Shown here piece by piece: positions 20,068-30,106 of a stretch of DNA of 64,000 nucleotides; position 1 is the first letter of the stretch; every line of letters starts with the position of its first letter. Under the pieces are notes generated by a model. The model had not been told where the DNA came from and ran no database searches. It was given only the letters and a program-made list of their open reading frames with translations. The DNA comes from Spirochaetia bacterium (GTDB lineage: Bacteria > Spirochaetota > Spirochaetia > DSM-16054 > Sediminispirochaetaceae). The stretch is taken from the NCBI GenBank assembly GCA_034520965.1, contig JAXHMY010000001.1:192001-256000 (forward strand). The letters run 5' to 3'. A program made the translations under genes and the position numbers.

Positions 20068-21245
20068 ATGAAAAAAAAGCAATTTCTCTTTATATGTCTG
20101 CTGAGTGCGGGACTAATACTGCCCGGCGCGGGATTTTCCGCCGACCTGACTATCCCGGAGTTCGAGCTGATCAGCCGCGGATACTGGCAGCAAGACAGCC
20201 TTATACTTAGAACCCGGGGCCGCACCGAGCTTCAGGTATCCGGCGGCTACAAATTCGGCGGCTCGCTGCTGCTGGGCTTTGAAAGCGAGAACCTCGGCTA
20301 TGCCGGCCGGGATACACCTGTGCTGGATGACTACCCTGATGATAGCACCTATATTTCAGCGCTCAGCGACTATATGGAAAATCAAACCACTCTGCAGTTT
20401 CAGGTGCCAGATTACCTACCGCGACCTGTTCGACACTCCTACCAGCCTTACCTATTTTGTCGGGGCGCAACGACCGCCTGGGCTCGGCAGAGGTTTTTCC
20501 AACAGAGTTTGGCTCGGCACCGATTGCCACCAGATATCAGGGCTACTTGTACTTTCCGCAAAATGAGTACCGGGGTATTCACAGCGTACATGGAACCGGT
20601 ATTGAACTGTCCAGCAGCTTCGGAACCCAGTGGAACCGCAGCTCCGTGTATCTCTACCAGGACAGCTCTTTAGGCGAAGGGAATTACTCGGTGGATGGCC
20701 GTTTTTTGTCTCACTTCGAAAAGCTTAAACTGGAGTTGTTCGGGGGTGCCTCCTTTCCGCAGAAATCCTACGGACTGTATCGCGGGGGCATACTGTTTCA
20801 CTACAGCCCGGCTGAAAGGGGGGAGTTTTTCTCTCAAATAGGCCTTCCCTATTACGATCCGGCGGAGAGCCTTAACATCAACGATTTTTACTTTTTATTT
20901 GAGCCGCGGATACACTTTGAGTATGTCAGTGTAATTTTAACACTGTTTTGGCACCCGGCTATGTATAACATGCAGCCCACCGGCGACGACGGCTCCGCGG
21001 ACATTAACTTCAACCTGCAGTTTGGCAATCCCCAGCAAAGCCCGCTCAGCGGCGGTGTTGAAACCAATTTCACCCTTGAGACGGAGGCTTCCAGTGCCCA
21101 GGATTTTAAACTGAAAGTAACCCCCTACCTGAGTGCAATCACCAGCGGGGTAATGTGGAATTTTATGATACACGTCAATCTCCTTCCCTACTCTCTTGGT
21201 GAAGATATGGTAGAAGGTATCCTAGGCGTAAAGGCGGAGTTTTAA
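20068..21245 (+). CDS. Secreted / predicted outer-membrane protein (two apparent frameshifts near 20405 and 20465)
   Basis: Signal peptide MKKKQFLFICLLSAGLILPGAGFSA; pieces 20032-20673, 20279-20566 and 20457-21245 join into one aromatic/Gly-rich beta-strand protein ending '...GILGVKAEF'. Confidence 0.65.
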
Positions 21246-21246
21246 A

Positions 21247-22107
21247 ATGAAACGATTTTTTCTAAGCATCATCGTACTAGGCGCAATAATGCAGCCCCTG
21301 TGTAGTCTGGAGGTAACAACTCTGCTGCACGGCGGGAATATCCTGTTTGACAAGGAGAAAGAGGCAGTTGAAACGTCGCTCAGCGGTACCGACTATTATT
21401 ACGGGCTAAGCGTATATGGCAATCAGCAAATCGACGAGAATATCACCCTTCATGCCGGTATCAAATATGACCCGGTATTGCGATACACCACCTATACCAC
21501 CATTGAGTTTGCCCGTGATTTTTACCAAATAGAGGTAGGTCCGTTTTTCGGCATTTTTAACTCGTGGAACCCGGTGATGAAGAGCGGCATTTCCACCTCC
21601 ATCAGGTTCGACTATCCCGGAGTTGCCTTTGCCTCTTTAAGAAGCGACAGCTCGATTGCAGCCAGATTCACCAAAGCCGGTGATTATATGCAGGAGCATA
21701 ACCAAATTTCGGTGGGCTACTACATTCCCCATGCAATCTGCTCCCTAAACCTCACTACAAAACGTTATGTAAGCCAACAGACCAAAAATCTGGAGGTGGA
21801 TGACAGCTTTACCGAGTACTCTTTTGAAGTTGATATATTTCAGAAGAATGTTCCCGTGCGGGTACTGCTTTCATTTGCCTATCAACAGCTGGAGAGGATT
21901 TATCCTAGTTCTACCAACAGCCTCAATTCGATGGTCTTCGGCACAGATTTTAGAATAGAGGTCTCCCCCAAGATAACCCTGCTCGCTCGAATCGACAGTA
22001 ACATATACTCCTTCGGAAAAGCCGGAGACGGGTCCCTGTCACTGCCCGATTCCGGAGTGGGTATGTACCTGTTCCGCAGTGAGCTGGGAGCTGAAATATA
22101 TTTTTAA
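21247..22107 (+). CDS. Secreted / predicted outer-membrane beta-barrel protein
   Basis: Signal peptide, amphipathic beta pattern, C-terminal '...FRSELGAEIYF'. Confidence 0.7.
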   Translation: MKRFFLSIIVLGAIMQPLCSLEVTTLLHGGNILFDKEKEAVETSLSGTDYYYGLSVYGNQQIDENITLHAGIKYDPVLRYTTYTTIEFARDFYQIEVGPFFGIFNSWNPVMKSGISTSIRFDYPGVAFASLRSDSSIAARFTKAGDYMQEHNQISVGYYIPHAICSLNLTTKRYVSQQTKNLEVDDSFTEYSFEVDIFQKNVPVRVLLSFAYQQLERIYPSSTNSLNSMVFGTDFRIEVSPKITLLARIDSNIYSFGKAGDGSLSLPDSGVGMYLFRSELGAEIYF

Positions 22108-22179
22108 CAAAACAGGCACTTTATTAAGAGCAGATTTATGATTCCCGGGTAGAGATAACAAAAATAGCAAAAAAGATAG

Positions 22180-22213
22180 AAAAGCCCACCGTAGGATTAT
22201 ACCCACGGTGGGC
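22180..22213 (-). terminator. Terminator of flaA (may also serve the convergent genes)
   Basis: gcccaccgt...acggtgggc 9-bp stem followed on the minus strand by TTTT. Confidence 0.7.
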
Positions 22214-22316
22214 GGTTGAAACTGATTAAATAATAATCTAACTAAAGCTTTCAGCTAACCAAAATCAAGTAGCAAAGTCTAAAACAAGGCAATATATATA
22301 CACTTGCGATTCAGAA

Positions 22317-23294
22317 CTACTCGTTGCCGCCTGCTTGTTCTTGTTCAGCTTCATCCTGGTGAAGTTTCTGCTGTTCAAGCGCTCGCAGAACCTGCAGTTC
22401 ACCCAGTCGCTGCCATTCAGCATTCCTTCGAGAGGTTTCACGCTCTTCAAGAATACCCCACAGTGCTTCGTTATCAATCCCGCCTTCATCAGGCATAACC
22501 GCAAGATCGTAGGTCAGAGTTACATCTTTGATGTACGCAATGGTGTCTCCACCCATTTGTGATGCATCCTTGTAGATGACAAAGCCCTTCAACTTACGCA
22601 TTGGGGTGAGCTTCGGGTAAAGGGGCATGCGCCGCAATTCTCGATTGCGTACGTCATCTACGTAGTTGGGGTTTAACCACCCAAGCTCTCTCCAGCCCCT
22701 AAATTCCATGTAATCGAGGAACATATTTCGTTCATTCCCATCCTGGTCTTCCAGGATAATCCCGATTCCATTGGGGAAGTTCGAACCATAGACGTTTACC
22801 GCAACCTTTTTCAGTGCTCCTACGTTCTTTACCACACCGTAGCCCTCAAACTTGCTGCCTTCGCGATCCTGTTCATCCGCCTGCATGTAGGCAGGAATCT
22901 CAAAGGGAGGTCTGATTATGGCATAAGAGTTATAAGGTTCTTCGGGAAAGTGAACCCGAATACCCATAACATTTTCACCAGCAAACTGCTGGGCATCATC
23001 TCGTACAGGCGCTTCCTGCGTGTAGGAAAGCCGCATATTCTGTACTGTCCTAGAAGATGAAGCCAGCTGTACATCCCAATTTTCAATGGCTAGGGACGTA
23101 ACCATCAGCTCCTTTTCTTCTTCGGTGAAACCAACACCTGCTTTTTCGGAAAAGTCAACGAGAGTTGCTTCGTTATTTCCATCCTCGAGATCCGCGGTAA
23201 GAGTCGAAAAATCGATGAGAACCGATTCCTCTGCGGTAACAGAAAAACTTACCACCAAAAGCATAATACCAAGTAGAATTCCGAACCGTTTCAT
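22317..23294 (-). CDS. flaA: Periplasmic flagellar filament sheath protein FlaA
   Basis: Signal peptide, 'SVLIDFSTL', 'SLAIENWDVQLASSSR', 'MGIRVHFP', 'PPFEIPAY', 'GYGVVKNVG', 'W.NPNYV.DVRNRELR..PLYP'. Confidence 0.95.
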   Translation of the reverse strand: MKRFGILLGIMLLVVSFSVTAEESVLIDFSTLTADLEDGNNEATLVDFSEKAGVGFTEEEKELMVTSLAIENWDVQLASSSRTVQNMRLSYTQEAPVRDDAQQFAGENVMGIRVHFPEEPYNSYAIIRPPFEIPAYMQADEQDREGSKFEGYGVVKNVGALKKVAVNVYGSNFPNGIGIILEDQDGNERNMFLDYMEFRGWRELGWLNPNYVDDVRNRELRRMPLYPKLTPMRKLKGFVIYKDASQMGGDTIAYIKDVTLTYDLAVMPDEGGIDNEALWGILEERETSRRNAEWQRLGELQVLRALEQQKLHQDEAEQEQAGGNE

Positions 23295-23335
23295 CCAGTG
23301 CTCCTTTTTAAAACAGTTTACCTATTGCATTTAAA

Positions 23336-23363
23336 ATTATACGGAACCAATTTAGTTTGTCAA
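23336..23363 (-). promoter_or_regulatory. Consensus sigma70 promoter of flaA
   Basis: Minus strand TTGACA-16 nt-TATAAT, then AAGGAG RBS before ATG 23294. Confidence 0.75.
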
Positions 23364-23380
23364 CGATTTTTCTTTTTTTT

Positions 23381-23863
23381 TCATTTCGTTGAGTCCGTGT
23401 AGTCAATTTTAGGCTGTTCTCCATTTACTGTAAAGACAATTTTTTCAATTTGTGGATAATTAAAGGTAATAGTCTTACGTACACAGTCCAGAGCCTCCTC
23501 AAAAGAGAGCCGGGACTCACTTTCCTGAAATATCACGTGGATCGAAAAATCAATAAAAAGTCGATTCTCCCGCAGCATAAGGGTCTGTAAAATACTCTCC
23601 TGAGGCAGCACTGCCACAGAATTCACATCAAAAGGACCTAATATGATTTCCTTCACCAGTAGTTCAATTTCCTGCTCTGTTGTCGGTTTAGTCGGCAGCA
23701 CACGTTGCTCTCCAACACATTCTGAAGAGCGGTATTCCGGGAAAAAGAGTACCTGCCGGTGCTTATCAGTTCCATTGATCAAGAAGAGAAGCAGAGAGAC
23801 CGTGAGGCTCACCGCTAGCACTCCAACTAAAATAATTGTAATTCTATCCAGGTTTTTCACCAA
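23381..23863 (-). CDS. GerMN-domain membrane-anchored protein
   Basis: N-terminal TM, 'LVKEIILGP', 'LFIDFS', 'TITFNYPQIEKIVFTVNG'; amidase-GerMN-flaA arrangement as recalled for spirochaetes. Confidence 0.7.
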   Translation of the reverse strand: MVKNLDRITIILVGVLAVSLTVSLLLFLINGTDKHRQVLFFPEYRSSECVGEQRVLPTKPTTEQEIELLVKEIILGPFDVNSVAVLPQESILQTLMLRENRLFIDFSIHVIFQESESRLSFEEALDCVRKTITFNYPQIEKIVFTVNGEQPKIDYTDSTK

Positions 23864-24910
23864 TTACTCCCGTACGGAGGGGTTTTCGAAGTGTTCGATA
23901 AATCCGTGAACGCCATTATAGATGCCTTCTGCGATTTTCTTCAAGTGAGCTGCACTGCGCATTTTAAAAGCTTCCGCCCGATTTGTCACAAAGCCGATTT
24001 CCACCAACACCGAGGGCATCTTTGCATCTCGGACTACAAACCAGGTCTCTTCCTTTAAGCCCCGATTCACGTGTAAATTCCCAACCGAGGCATCCAGATT
24101 GTCCAGAATTTTTTGAGCCAGTAGGATACTTTCAACTGTGTACTCCTCTTCAAGCATCGTATTTAGGATTGGAGCTACTTCTCGGGCTGATTCATCCAAA
24201 GTAGCCGGGTCGATCAGCTTCCGGCGGTAATCTGTGGGCAGATACCATACCTCAAAGCCTTCGGCCTTGCTATTTAGGGAAGCGTTCGCATGAATTGAAA
24301 TGAAAATCATCGACTCACGTTGGTCAAGTTCAACTCCATTTGCTATCTGGGTACGCTCCTCCAGGGTCAAATACACATCATTCTCACGGGTCAGAACAAT
24401 ATTCTTATCAGGGTATCGGCTGTGAAGACGATCTGAAAGTTGACGGGCTACCTCCAGCACAAGATCTTTCTCCATTATCACCACTTTATCACCTTTTTCC
24501 TCGAAGCGACCAAGCGCTCCGGAGTCCTTCCCGCCATGGCCGGCATCAATGATTATAGTGGAAATGTAATGCTGATTTTCCTTTTGTGTGTAAAGGCCTA
24601 AAGTTTCGATTATATATGAAGCATCTTCTGAAGAAAACCAGATATCCCCGGACTCACCCCGCTGGGGAGGTTCTATTGATTCAAAGGAGTTGTAATTAAC
24701 CAGCAGAAACGCAGAACCGAGACTATACACCAAGCTGGTCTCACCCTTTTCGATACTACCCATCTGCCGCATCGGGTCCCAGACCAGTTGAGCTCCGGTT
24801 TTGCTGCGAATCTCTTTCAGTGCCACTCCAGGCTCACCCCACAGAGGCAGTAAAATACCCAATAGAAGTCCTATAAAAAATATGTTAGAAAACCTCTTCA
24901 GGTGTATCAC
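23864..24910 (-). CDS. N-acetylmuramoyl-L-alanine amidase (Amidase_3)
   Basis: 'IIIDAGHGGKDSGA', 'EKDLVL', 'FISIHANA', 'MPSVLVEIGFVTN'. Confidence 0.92.
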   Translation of the reverse strand: MIHLKRFSNIFFIGLLLGILLPLWGEPGVALKEIRSKTGAQLVWDPMRQMGSIEKGETSLVYSLGSAFLLVNYNSFESIEPPQRGESGDIWFSSEDASYIIETLGLYTQKENQHYISTIIIDAGHGGKDSGALGRFEEKGDKVVIMEKDLVLEVARQLSDRLHSRYPDKNIVLTRENDVYLTLEERTQIANGVELDQRESMIFISIHANASLNSKAEGFEVWYLPTDYRRKLIDPATLDESAREVAPILNTMLEEEYTVESILLAQKILDNLDASVGNLHVNRGLKEETWFVVRDAKMPSVLVEIGFVTNRAEAFKMRSAAHLKKIAEGIYNGVHGFIEHFENPSVRE

Positions 24911-26558
24911 TATTCAGCTCCGTAAATACAATCTCTATCGGCTGCGAGCGGAGAACCGCCTGCCGAATGCTTTCAAGCAGCCACACTGCCCCTTGGATAC
25001 CCCCACGCAGAAAGGCGTTCCAGAGTATCGCTCCTACCACTATATCGGCATATTTCTCTTGCTCCGCAAGCTGTACCCGGCTCAGCTTAATGACTTTATT
25101 CCAGGCTTCTTCGAAACCCTGGCCATGCCAGTCTTTGGAGCTTTCCGCTGCAATATTGGGAAGGGTACACACCGCGATTGAAGGCTCCTTCGGTGAAGAG
25201 AGCTGCTCATAACTGCGGCGAAGGTCTTTGTAATCCGGCATAGCTGCAAAAACTCGCTTATTTTCCCGGTTTTCAACAACAAAAGCATCCGGAATCCAGG
25301 CTTCTTTTTGCTGAAACAGAAAGCGACGGGTTACAGAATGATTGGGTTGCAGGCGGACAAATACAGTTCGACAGGCGGCTTCGGCCGCATCGACTGCGGC
25401 GCTGCGTTCAGGGGCCGCACTGATAAAATTCCCGCTTTTCTCGACGTTATTAGTAGGAAAGTCAACCTTATCACCCGGAGAAACCCGAATAAACATCTCC
25501 TCTATCCATTTGATAGAACGAGCATGATCGCTGTTCTCAACACTGTCCACTATTCCGGGTATAGATATAAAGGCCCGTTCAGCGGATACCCAGTCTCGAG
25601 TGGGCCCCAGAGTCTGGGGCTGAAGCCCCACCGCCAGCTGAAGTGCATTTCCGGTCAGCTCAACCCCGCTGGAATAGGGGTACGTCCAGCCGGACATATA
25701 GCCCCCGGACAAACGAGCGGCAACCTCGCCTATCACCGCCCTCCGGCCGTCCCACTTTACATCGCCCTTTGCCGCACCGTTGCGAATTCTTAATGCCCGT
25801 ACAGCGTGTATAAAGACCTCTTTCACGGCCTCAAGTACATTTTCGTCACAGTTCGACGGTATAGTATGACCCATTTCAATAAAATAGGGAGGAAAGTAAA
25901 TGTGCCGGTCTGCAATTCCGGTACACACTACCTCATCCCCCAGAGCCAACGCATCTATACTAAACTCCTGCCCCTTGACGTACTCCTCTACAATGACAAC
26001 CCCGGTTCGGGAGAACCGGCGCGCCCGGTCGACTGCAGTCTGATACTCATCGAGGGTATCTACCCGGCGAATTCCGCGGGCCCCCATATTATCAACCGGC
26101 TTCACTACCACCGGAAGCTTGAGGTTCTCCAGCGCTGCATCCACTTCACCACCGGCGGGAAGCTTTGCAAAACGGGGGGACGGAACTCCGGCAGCCGCAA
26201 ACACCGTCCGCATTCTATCCTTGTGGCTGGCGTTAAGAGCTACCTCCGGCTCTATTCCTGGCAGCTGCAAGGCCTTGGCCACACTTGCCACGGTATAAGA
26301 AAAATCGGTACCCGCAGTAAACACTCCATGCAATTTTTCGTCTTTATGTATCTTTCCGGCCGCCTCGACCATCCCCTCGATATCAGTCAGATCAACCGGC
26401 ACAAAATGATCGGCAAGTTCGGCACCGGGAGCCTTCGGATTCCCATCGGCAACGTATACTTCCCAGCCCTGCCCCCTTGCCCAGCGCAGGGCCGGCAGCT
26501 GCATAACCCCGGCGCCCAAAATGAGAACTCGTTTTGCATCTTCAGTCTGTCCGTTCAT
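24885..26558 (-). CDS. ATP-grasp domain protein with C-terminal extension
   Basis: 'VLILGAGVMQ', 'HKDRMR', 'PVVVKPVDNMGARG', 'VEEYVKGQEFS', 'GEVAARLSGG'. Confidence 0.85.
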   Translation of the reverse strand: MNGQTEDAKRVLILGAGVMQLPALRWARGQGWEVYVADGNPKAPGAELADHFVPVDLTDIEGMVEAAGKIHKDEKLHGVFTAGTDFSYTVASVAKALQLPGIEPEVALNASHKDRMRTVFAAAGVPSPRFAKLPAGGEVDAALENLKLPVVVKPVDNMGARGIRRVDTLDEYQTAVDRARRFSRTGVVIVEEYVKGQEFSIDALALGDEVVCTGIADRHIYFPPYFIEMGHTIPSNCDENVLEAVKEVFIHAVRALRIRNGAAKGDVKWDGRRAVIGEVAARLSGGYMSGWTYPYSSGVELTGNALQLAVGLQPQTLGPTRDWVSAERAFISIPGIVDSVENSDHARSIKWIEEMFIRVSPGDKVDFPTNNVEKSGNFISAAPERSAAVDAAEAACRTVFVRLQPNHSVTRRFLFQQKEAWIPDAFVVENRENKRVFAAMPDYKDLRRSYEQLSSPKEPSIAVCTLPNIAAESSKDWHGQGFEEAWNKVIKLSRVQLAEQEKYADIVVGAILWNAFLRGGIQGAVWLLESIRQAVLRSQPIEIVFTELNSDTPEEVF

Positions 26559-28431
26559 CCGATTCTCCAATACTGTAAAAAATTTCGCTCACCTTCTCTG
26601 CATACAGCTCAAAGGTATCCCCAAGCCTCGCCCCGCGGCTCACCCATCCAAGCGGTGAAAACAGCAATGTGCGGGCTGTATCCTGGACAGTCTTCCGCGC
26701 ATTTTTGTGCTGAACACCGGCCGTCCCAATCAGTGGGAACCGTTCCGGATGATGACCGGTCACCCTGACCTTTCTGATTTTGAAACCAAACCGTGGTAAA
26801 ACTCTACGGGCAATTGCCGGGCTCCAGACCGTATGATGATCCCGGGGGCTCTGCTCCAAAAAGCCCTTTATGGAGCGGGTGCCGCTAATCCCCGAACTGT
26901 TGGGAGTAGAAAATGCAAACAATCCGCCTATTTTAAGACAGCGGTTCGCCTTGCACAAGATGCGGTCAACCCGGGGAAAATGTTCAAGGACAAACCACAT
27001 ACTTATAACGTCGTATCGCTTTTGACTGCCCTTCAGATCTACTTCAAAATCTTCAAACGTTCCGTTCCAAGCCGGCAGCTTTAGTTCGCTCCGCACATAG
27101 TCTACTGCTGAGGCTGCCGGATCAATGCCCTCAGGCTGATACCCTGCCTCATAGGCTGCAGATAGAAAGGGCCCGTAGGCACAGCCTACATCCAGGAGGC
27201 GGGGAGCTTCGTCTGCAGTAGCGCCGGCAGTTCGCTTTTGGCTAAGCCGGTGAATCACAGCCATACGGCGCTTGCCCATTTCCCTGATAGCATCGAAGTC
27301 TTCCAGATAACTGCGCCCGTACTGACTGCGGTACTCATCAAAAAAGTAATTTTCATTGTAACGGGGCTGTTCCGGTCGTAAGAAATCAAGCTGATACAGC
27401 AAGCCGCAGTGGGAACAGCGAAAAAAGCTGCGGTCGACACTTCGCAGCACCGGCTTGGCGCCCAAACGCCCGCATACAGGGCAGTCACGAACTTCCGGAG
27501 GCCGCAGGTGGCCCAGGAACTCCCCGGGTGAGCGTTTTTCCTGCGGTGCGGCCTCCTTGGCCAATTTCAGCACCTGCGCCGGCGAGGCCAGGAGTCGCAA
27601 AAAATGGCGGGAGTGGATTCGCCGTACGCCCACGGACGGAAATCCGGCCAGATGACTCAAGCGACGGTGATATGTGCTCGGGTTGAGCAGTATCACCCCG
27701 CAGCCGGCGTAGGCGGCCTCATAGGCGGTCAGACCAAAACTTGTGCACACCAGGTCATATTTCCACAACTGTTCTGAAAGCTTCGCAGGAGCTTTTAGAA
27801 CTTTTACCTCCGGCGGCAGGCTGCGGGGGCCGAACAGCGGGCCCAAGACTACCGTAATATCAGCTGCAGCGAAACCACCCCGCTTAATGAGCCAGCGGGT
27901 ACACAATTCGGTTAGAAGCGCCGGATCCTCACCACCAAAACTTACCAGCACACTTCGGAAGTGGGTCATTGAAGCTGTGGCAGCACTTTTTTTCTGCTCG
28001 GGGAGGGAAAGAAGTCCAGGTTCAATCAGGTTAGCCGGTCCGAACCGTGGTGGTAGTGGAAAAGTATCAAGTAAGTAGGAAAAGGACCGACGGCGCGACC
28101 CTCCTTCATCCACGCCAATCATGGGTATGCCGGTACGACTCCACCAGCGAAAATCTGACTTGTCCGTCGCCCGCCGGTCTATCAGCACAAAATCCCACTG
28201 TGACGCGGTAATTGACTGAGCATCATGAAAGAAACAGCTCGAGTCCAATCCGTTGACGTCGGCCATATCGTAAAATACATTTTGCCATTCCGAAGGTTTA
28301 ATGAAAACTCCGACGGAATCTTGCGGAAAGGTATACAGTAACTGGGTACTCCACTGCAGAGCCCTACGCAAATGACCAGTTCCATTGCCGGGTGTAACCG
28401 AGGGTGCCCACAGAAAACGGTACGAGCCCAT
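26542..28431 (-). CDS. Fusion of PseG/SpsG-like (GT-B) domain, Zn-ribbon and class I SAM methyltransferase
   Basis: N-term 'GNGTGHLRRA', 'LVSFGGEDP', 'GLTAYEAA..G'; 'CPVC...CSHCG'; 'LLDVGCAYG', 'WFVLEH', 'FSTPN'. Confidence 0.78.
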   Translation of the reverse strand: MGSYRFLWAPSVTPGNGTGHLRRALQWSTQLLYTFPQDSVGVFIKPSEWQNVFYDMADVNGLDSSCFFHDAQSITASQWDFVLIDRRATDKSDFRWWSRTGIPMIGVDEGGSRRRSFSYLLDTFPLPPRFGPANLIEPGLLSLPEQKKSAATASMTHFRSVLVSFGGEDPALLTELCTRWLIKRGGFAAADITVVLGPLFGPRSLPPEVKVLKAPAKLSEQLWKYDLVCTSFGLTAYEAAYAGCGVILLNPSTYHRRLSHLAGFPSVGVRRIHSRHFLRLLASPAQVLKLAKEAAPQEKRSPGEFLGHLRPPEVRDCPVCGRLGAKPVLRSVDRSFFRCSHCGLLYQLDFLRPEQPRYNENYFFDEYRSQYGRSYLEDFDAIREMGKRRMAVIHRLSQKRTAGATADEAPRLLDVGCAYGPFLSAAYEAGYQPEGIDPAASAVDYVRSELKLPAWNGTFEDFEVDLKGSQKRYDVISMWFVLEHFPRVDRILCKANRCLKIGGLFAFSTPNSSGISGTRSIKGFLEQSPRDHHTVWSPAIARRVLPRFGFKIRKVRVTGHHPERFPLIGTAGVQHKNARKTVQDTARTLLFSPLGWVSRGARLGDTFELYAEKVSEIFYSIGESDERTD

Positions 28432-28434
28432 ATT

Positions 28435-29145
28435 CTAACCTGCAATCATATGGAGCTGGGAAATTCCCCGAATAAGCTGTTTGGTGGTGATCGGTTTACC
28501 CGAATACAGTGTATTAAAAATGGTTTGCAAGCGACGGTAATCCCGGTCGGTATCCAAAGTAACCCTCATCCCGGGAAAAAAGCACTCCTTCGGAGCCAAG
28601 GGCCGATAGACTCTGAAGAGGTCAGGATGATTGTAAAGATACGGACAGACATGCTCTCGATCATATCTGCTTTCGGCCTCACGGTGGGCCCTTAGAAGTG
28701 CTTCCGCGCGCACACACTCCACACCTGTTCCAACCGGCAGACCTTCAAACCCGCTGTAATCGATCTGCCGCTCCCACTGATGTTCCTCTTGATGCATCAG
28801 GTAGAGCTCTAACAGCTGAGCCCCACATTCGCCACTCACTAAAGGATTATCGCCGGTAGCGCGGATAACCGTATCAACCTGAAAATGATTGATTGCATCG
28901 GCATAACGCTGTAGAACATCTTCCTTAGGCCCGATAAATGTTTCAAATCCGGCGGCTTTTGCATGGCCGGATAATGCCTTATAACTGTCACGATCGGTTA
29001 CCAGGGCATAGATATCCGCCGGAACCTTCTTCAGAGCCTCCATTGCCAGCTCTACCACAGGCCTTCCACTCAAAGGCAGCAGCGCCTTCTGAGGCAAACG
29101 GGCAGAATCCAACCGAACCTGCAGGAACACACCTACTCTACTCAT
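28435..29145 (-). CDS. SpsF-like cytidylyltransferase (CMP-sugar synthetase family)
   Basis: 'LQVRLDSARLPQKAL', 'G..EDVLQRY', 'IRATGDNP', 'REHVCPY', 'RVTLDT..DY'. Confidence 0.85.
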   Translation of the reverse strand: MSRVGVFLQVRLDSARLPQKALLPLSGRPVVELAMEALKKVPADIYALVTDRDSYKALSGHAKAAGFETFIGPKEDVLQRYADAINHFQVDTVIRATGDNPLVSGECGAQLLELYLMHQEEHQWERQIDYSGFEGLPVGTGVECVRAEALLRAHREAESRYDREHVCPYLYNHPDLFRVYRPLAPKECFFPGMRVTLDTDRDYRRLQTIFNTLYSGKPITTKQLIRGISQLHMIAG

Positions 29146-30106
29146 GCTCAGGAACCTCCCAAAGCTCAGTCACATCCCGCGCATCCATAACAAAACGATA
29201 CTGATTCAAAGTCACCCACTGGCGGACTTTTTTAAACTTTTTCAATGCTGAGAAGAGTGAACTTCCCGATCGAATATAAAAGGGCAGGAAGCGACTCCAC
29301 GGCAGGGTGCCCGCATCTCCACTGAAACGCACCGACAGGTTTTTCAGGAAAAAAAGTTTGTAGCTCCCATCGGGAGTAGTATCTTCGGCCGGCTCGGAGG
29401 CCAGATAACGTATCCTAAAAGCGGACTCACACTCAATGGCTTCCCCCCACATATGAGCCCGAAAACCAAAGTCCATCTTTTGCCAATAGGAACTCTCAAT
29501 CAAGTAATCATAACCACCGGTCAGCAAAAACTTTTCCCGGCGATATATGCCGCTGTAATCGAAGGGGAACAGTGTTTTCATATCGTTTTTTTGGGGCAGC
29601 ATGGGCAATATCCGCAGATTGCGTTTGTGAAAGGCCGGTACCATGATTGACGGGACTGTCTCCAGTTTGGTGTTTTGAATAATTGGGACCGAACAGAGAC
29701 GGTCAGCCTCCACAATCCGCTGCAGCAGGTAAGTGTTCAACTGTGAGCTGACTTTCATATCGCTCCACATCACAAACACAAACTCTCCAGCCGCCTCTTT
29801 CATCCCCATATTAATTTGTTCACCCCGGCTCATATCTTCATGCAGCAGCAGGAATTTGATCCGCGGGTATTTTTGCGACAGAGAATCGATATCATAACTG
29901 GCGGAGGCACTTTCTACCGATAAAATCTCAATCTCTCCCAGTTGCTCCAGCTCTTTAAAATACTCCTGCCGGTAAGGACGGCTGCCGCGGTGCAGAAGCA
30001 GTATACTGAGGGGCGGACTGACCTGCAGGGAACGGTCTTCCCTGTTTCCTCCGACTATTGTGTAGGGGACCCTTAAAGACTTAGAAGTTGTAGGTATAGT
30101 ACTCAT
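29138..30106 (-). CDS. GT2-like protein of the spiro-SPASM cluster
   Basis: MSTIPTT... (overlaps the spiro-SPASM stop); GT-A-like elements 'GEQINMGMKEAAGEFVFVMWSD', 'GGYD..I.S.YWQKMDFGFRA'. Confidence 0.7.
   Translation of the reverse strand: MSTIPTTSKSLRVPYTIVGGNREDRSLQVSPPLSILLLHRGSRPYRQEYFKELEQLGEIEILSVESASASYDIDSLSQKYPRIKFLLLHEDMSRGEQINMGMKEAAGEFVFVMWSDMKVSSQLNTYLLQRIVEADRLCSVPIIQNTKLETVPSIMVPAFHKRNLRILPMLPQKNDMKTLFPFDYSGIYRREKFLLTGGYDYLIESSYWQKMDFGFRAHMWGEAIECESAFRIRYLASEPAEDTTPDGSYKLFFLKNLSVRFSGDAGTLPWSRFLPFYIRSGSSLFSALKKFKKVRQWVTLNQYRFVMDARDVTELWEVPEHE

Noticed and set aside
25806..26768. 320-aa plus-strand ORF
   Set aside because: Antisense to the ATP-grasp and methyltransferase genes, with shadow-ORF composition.
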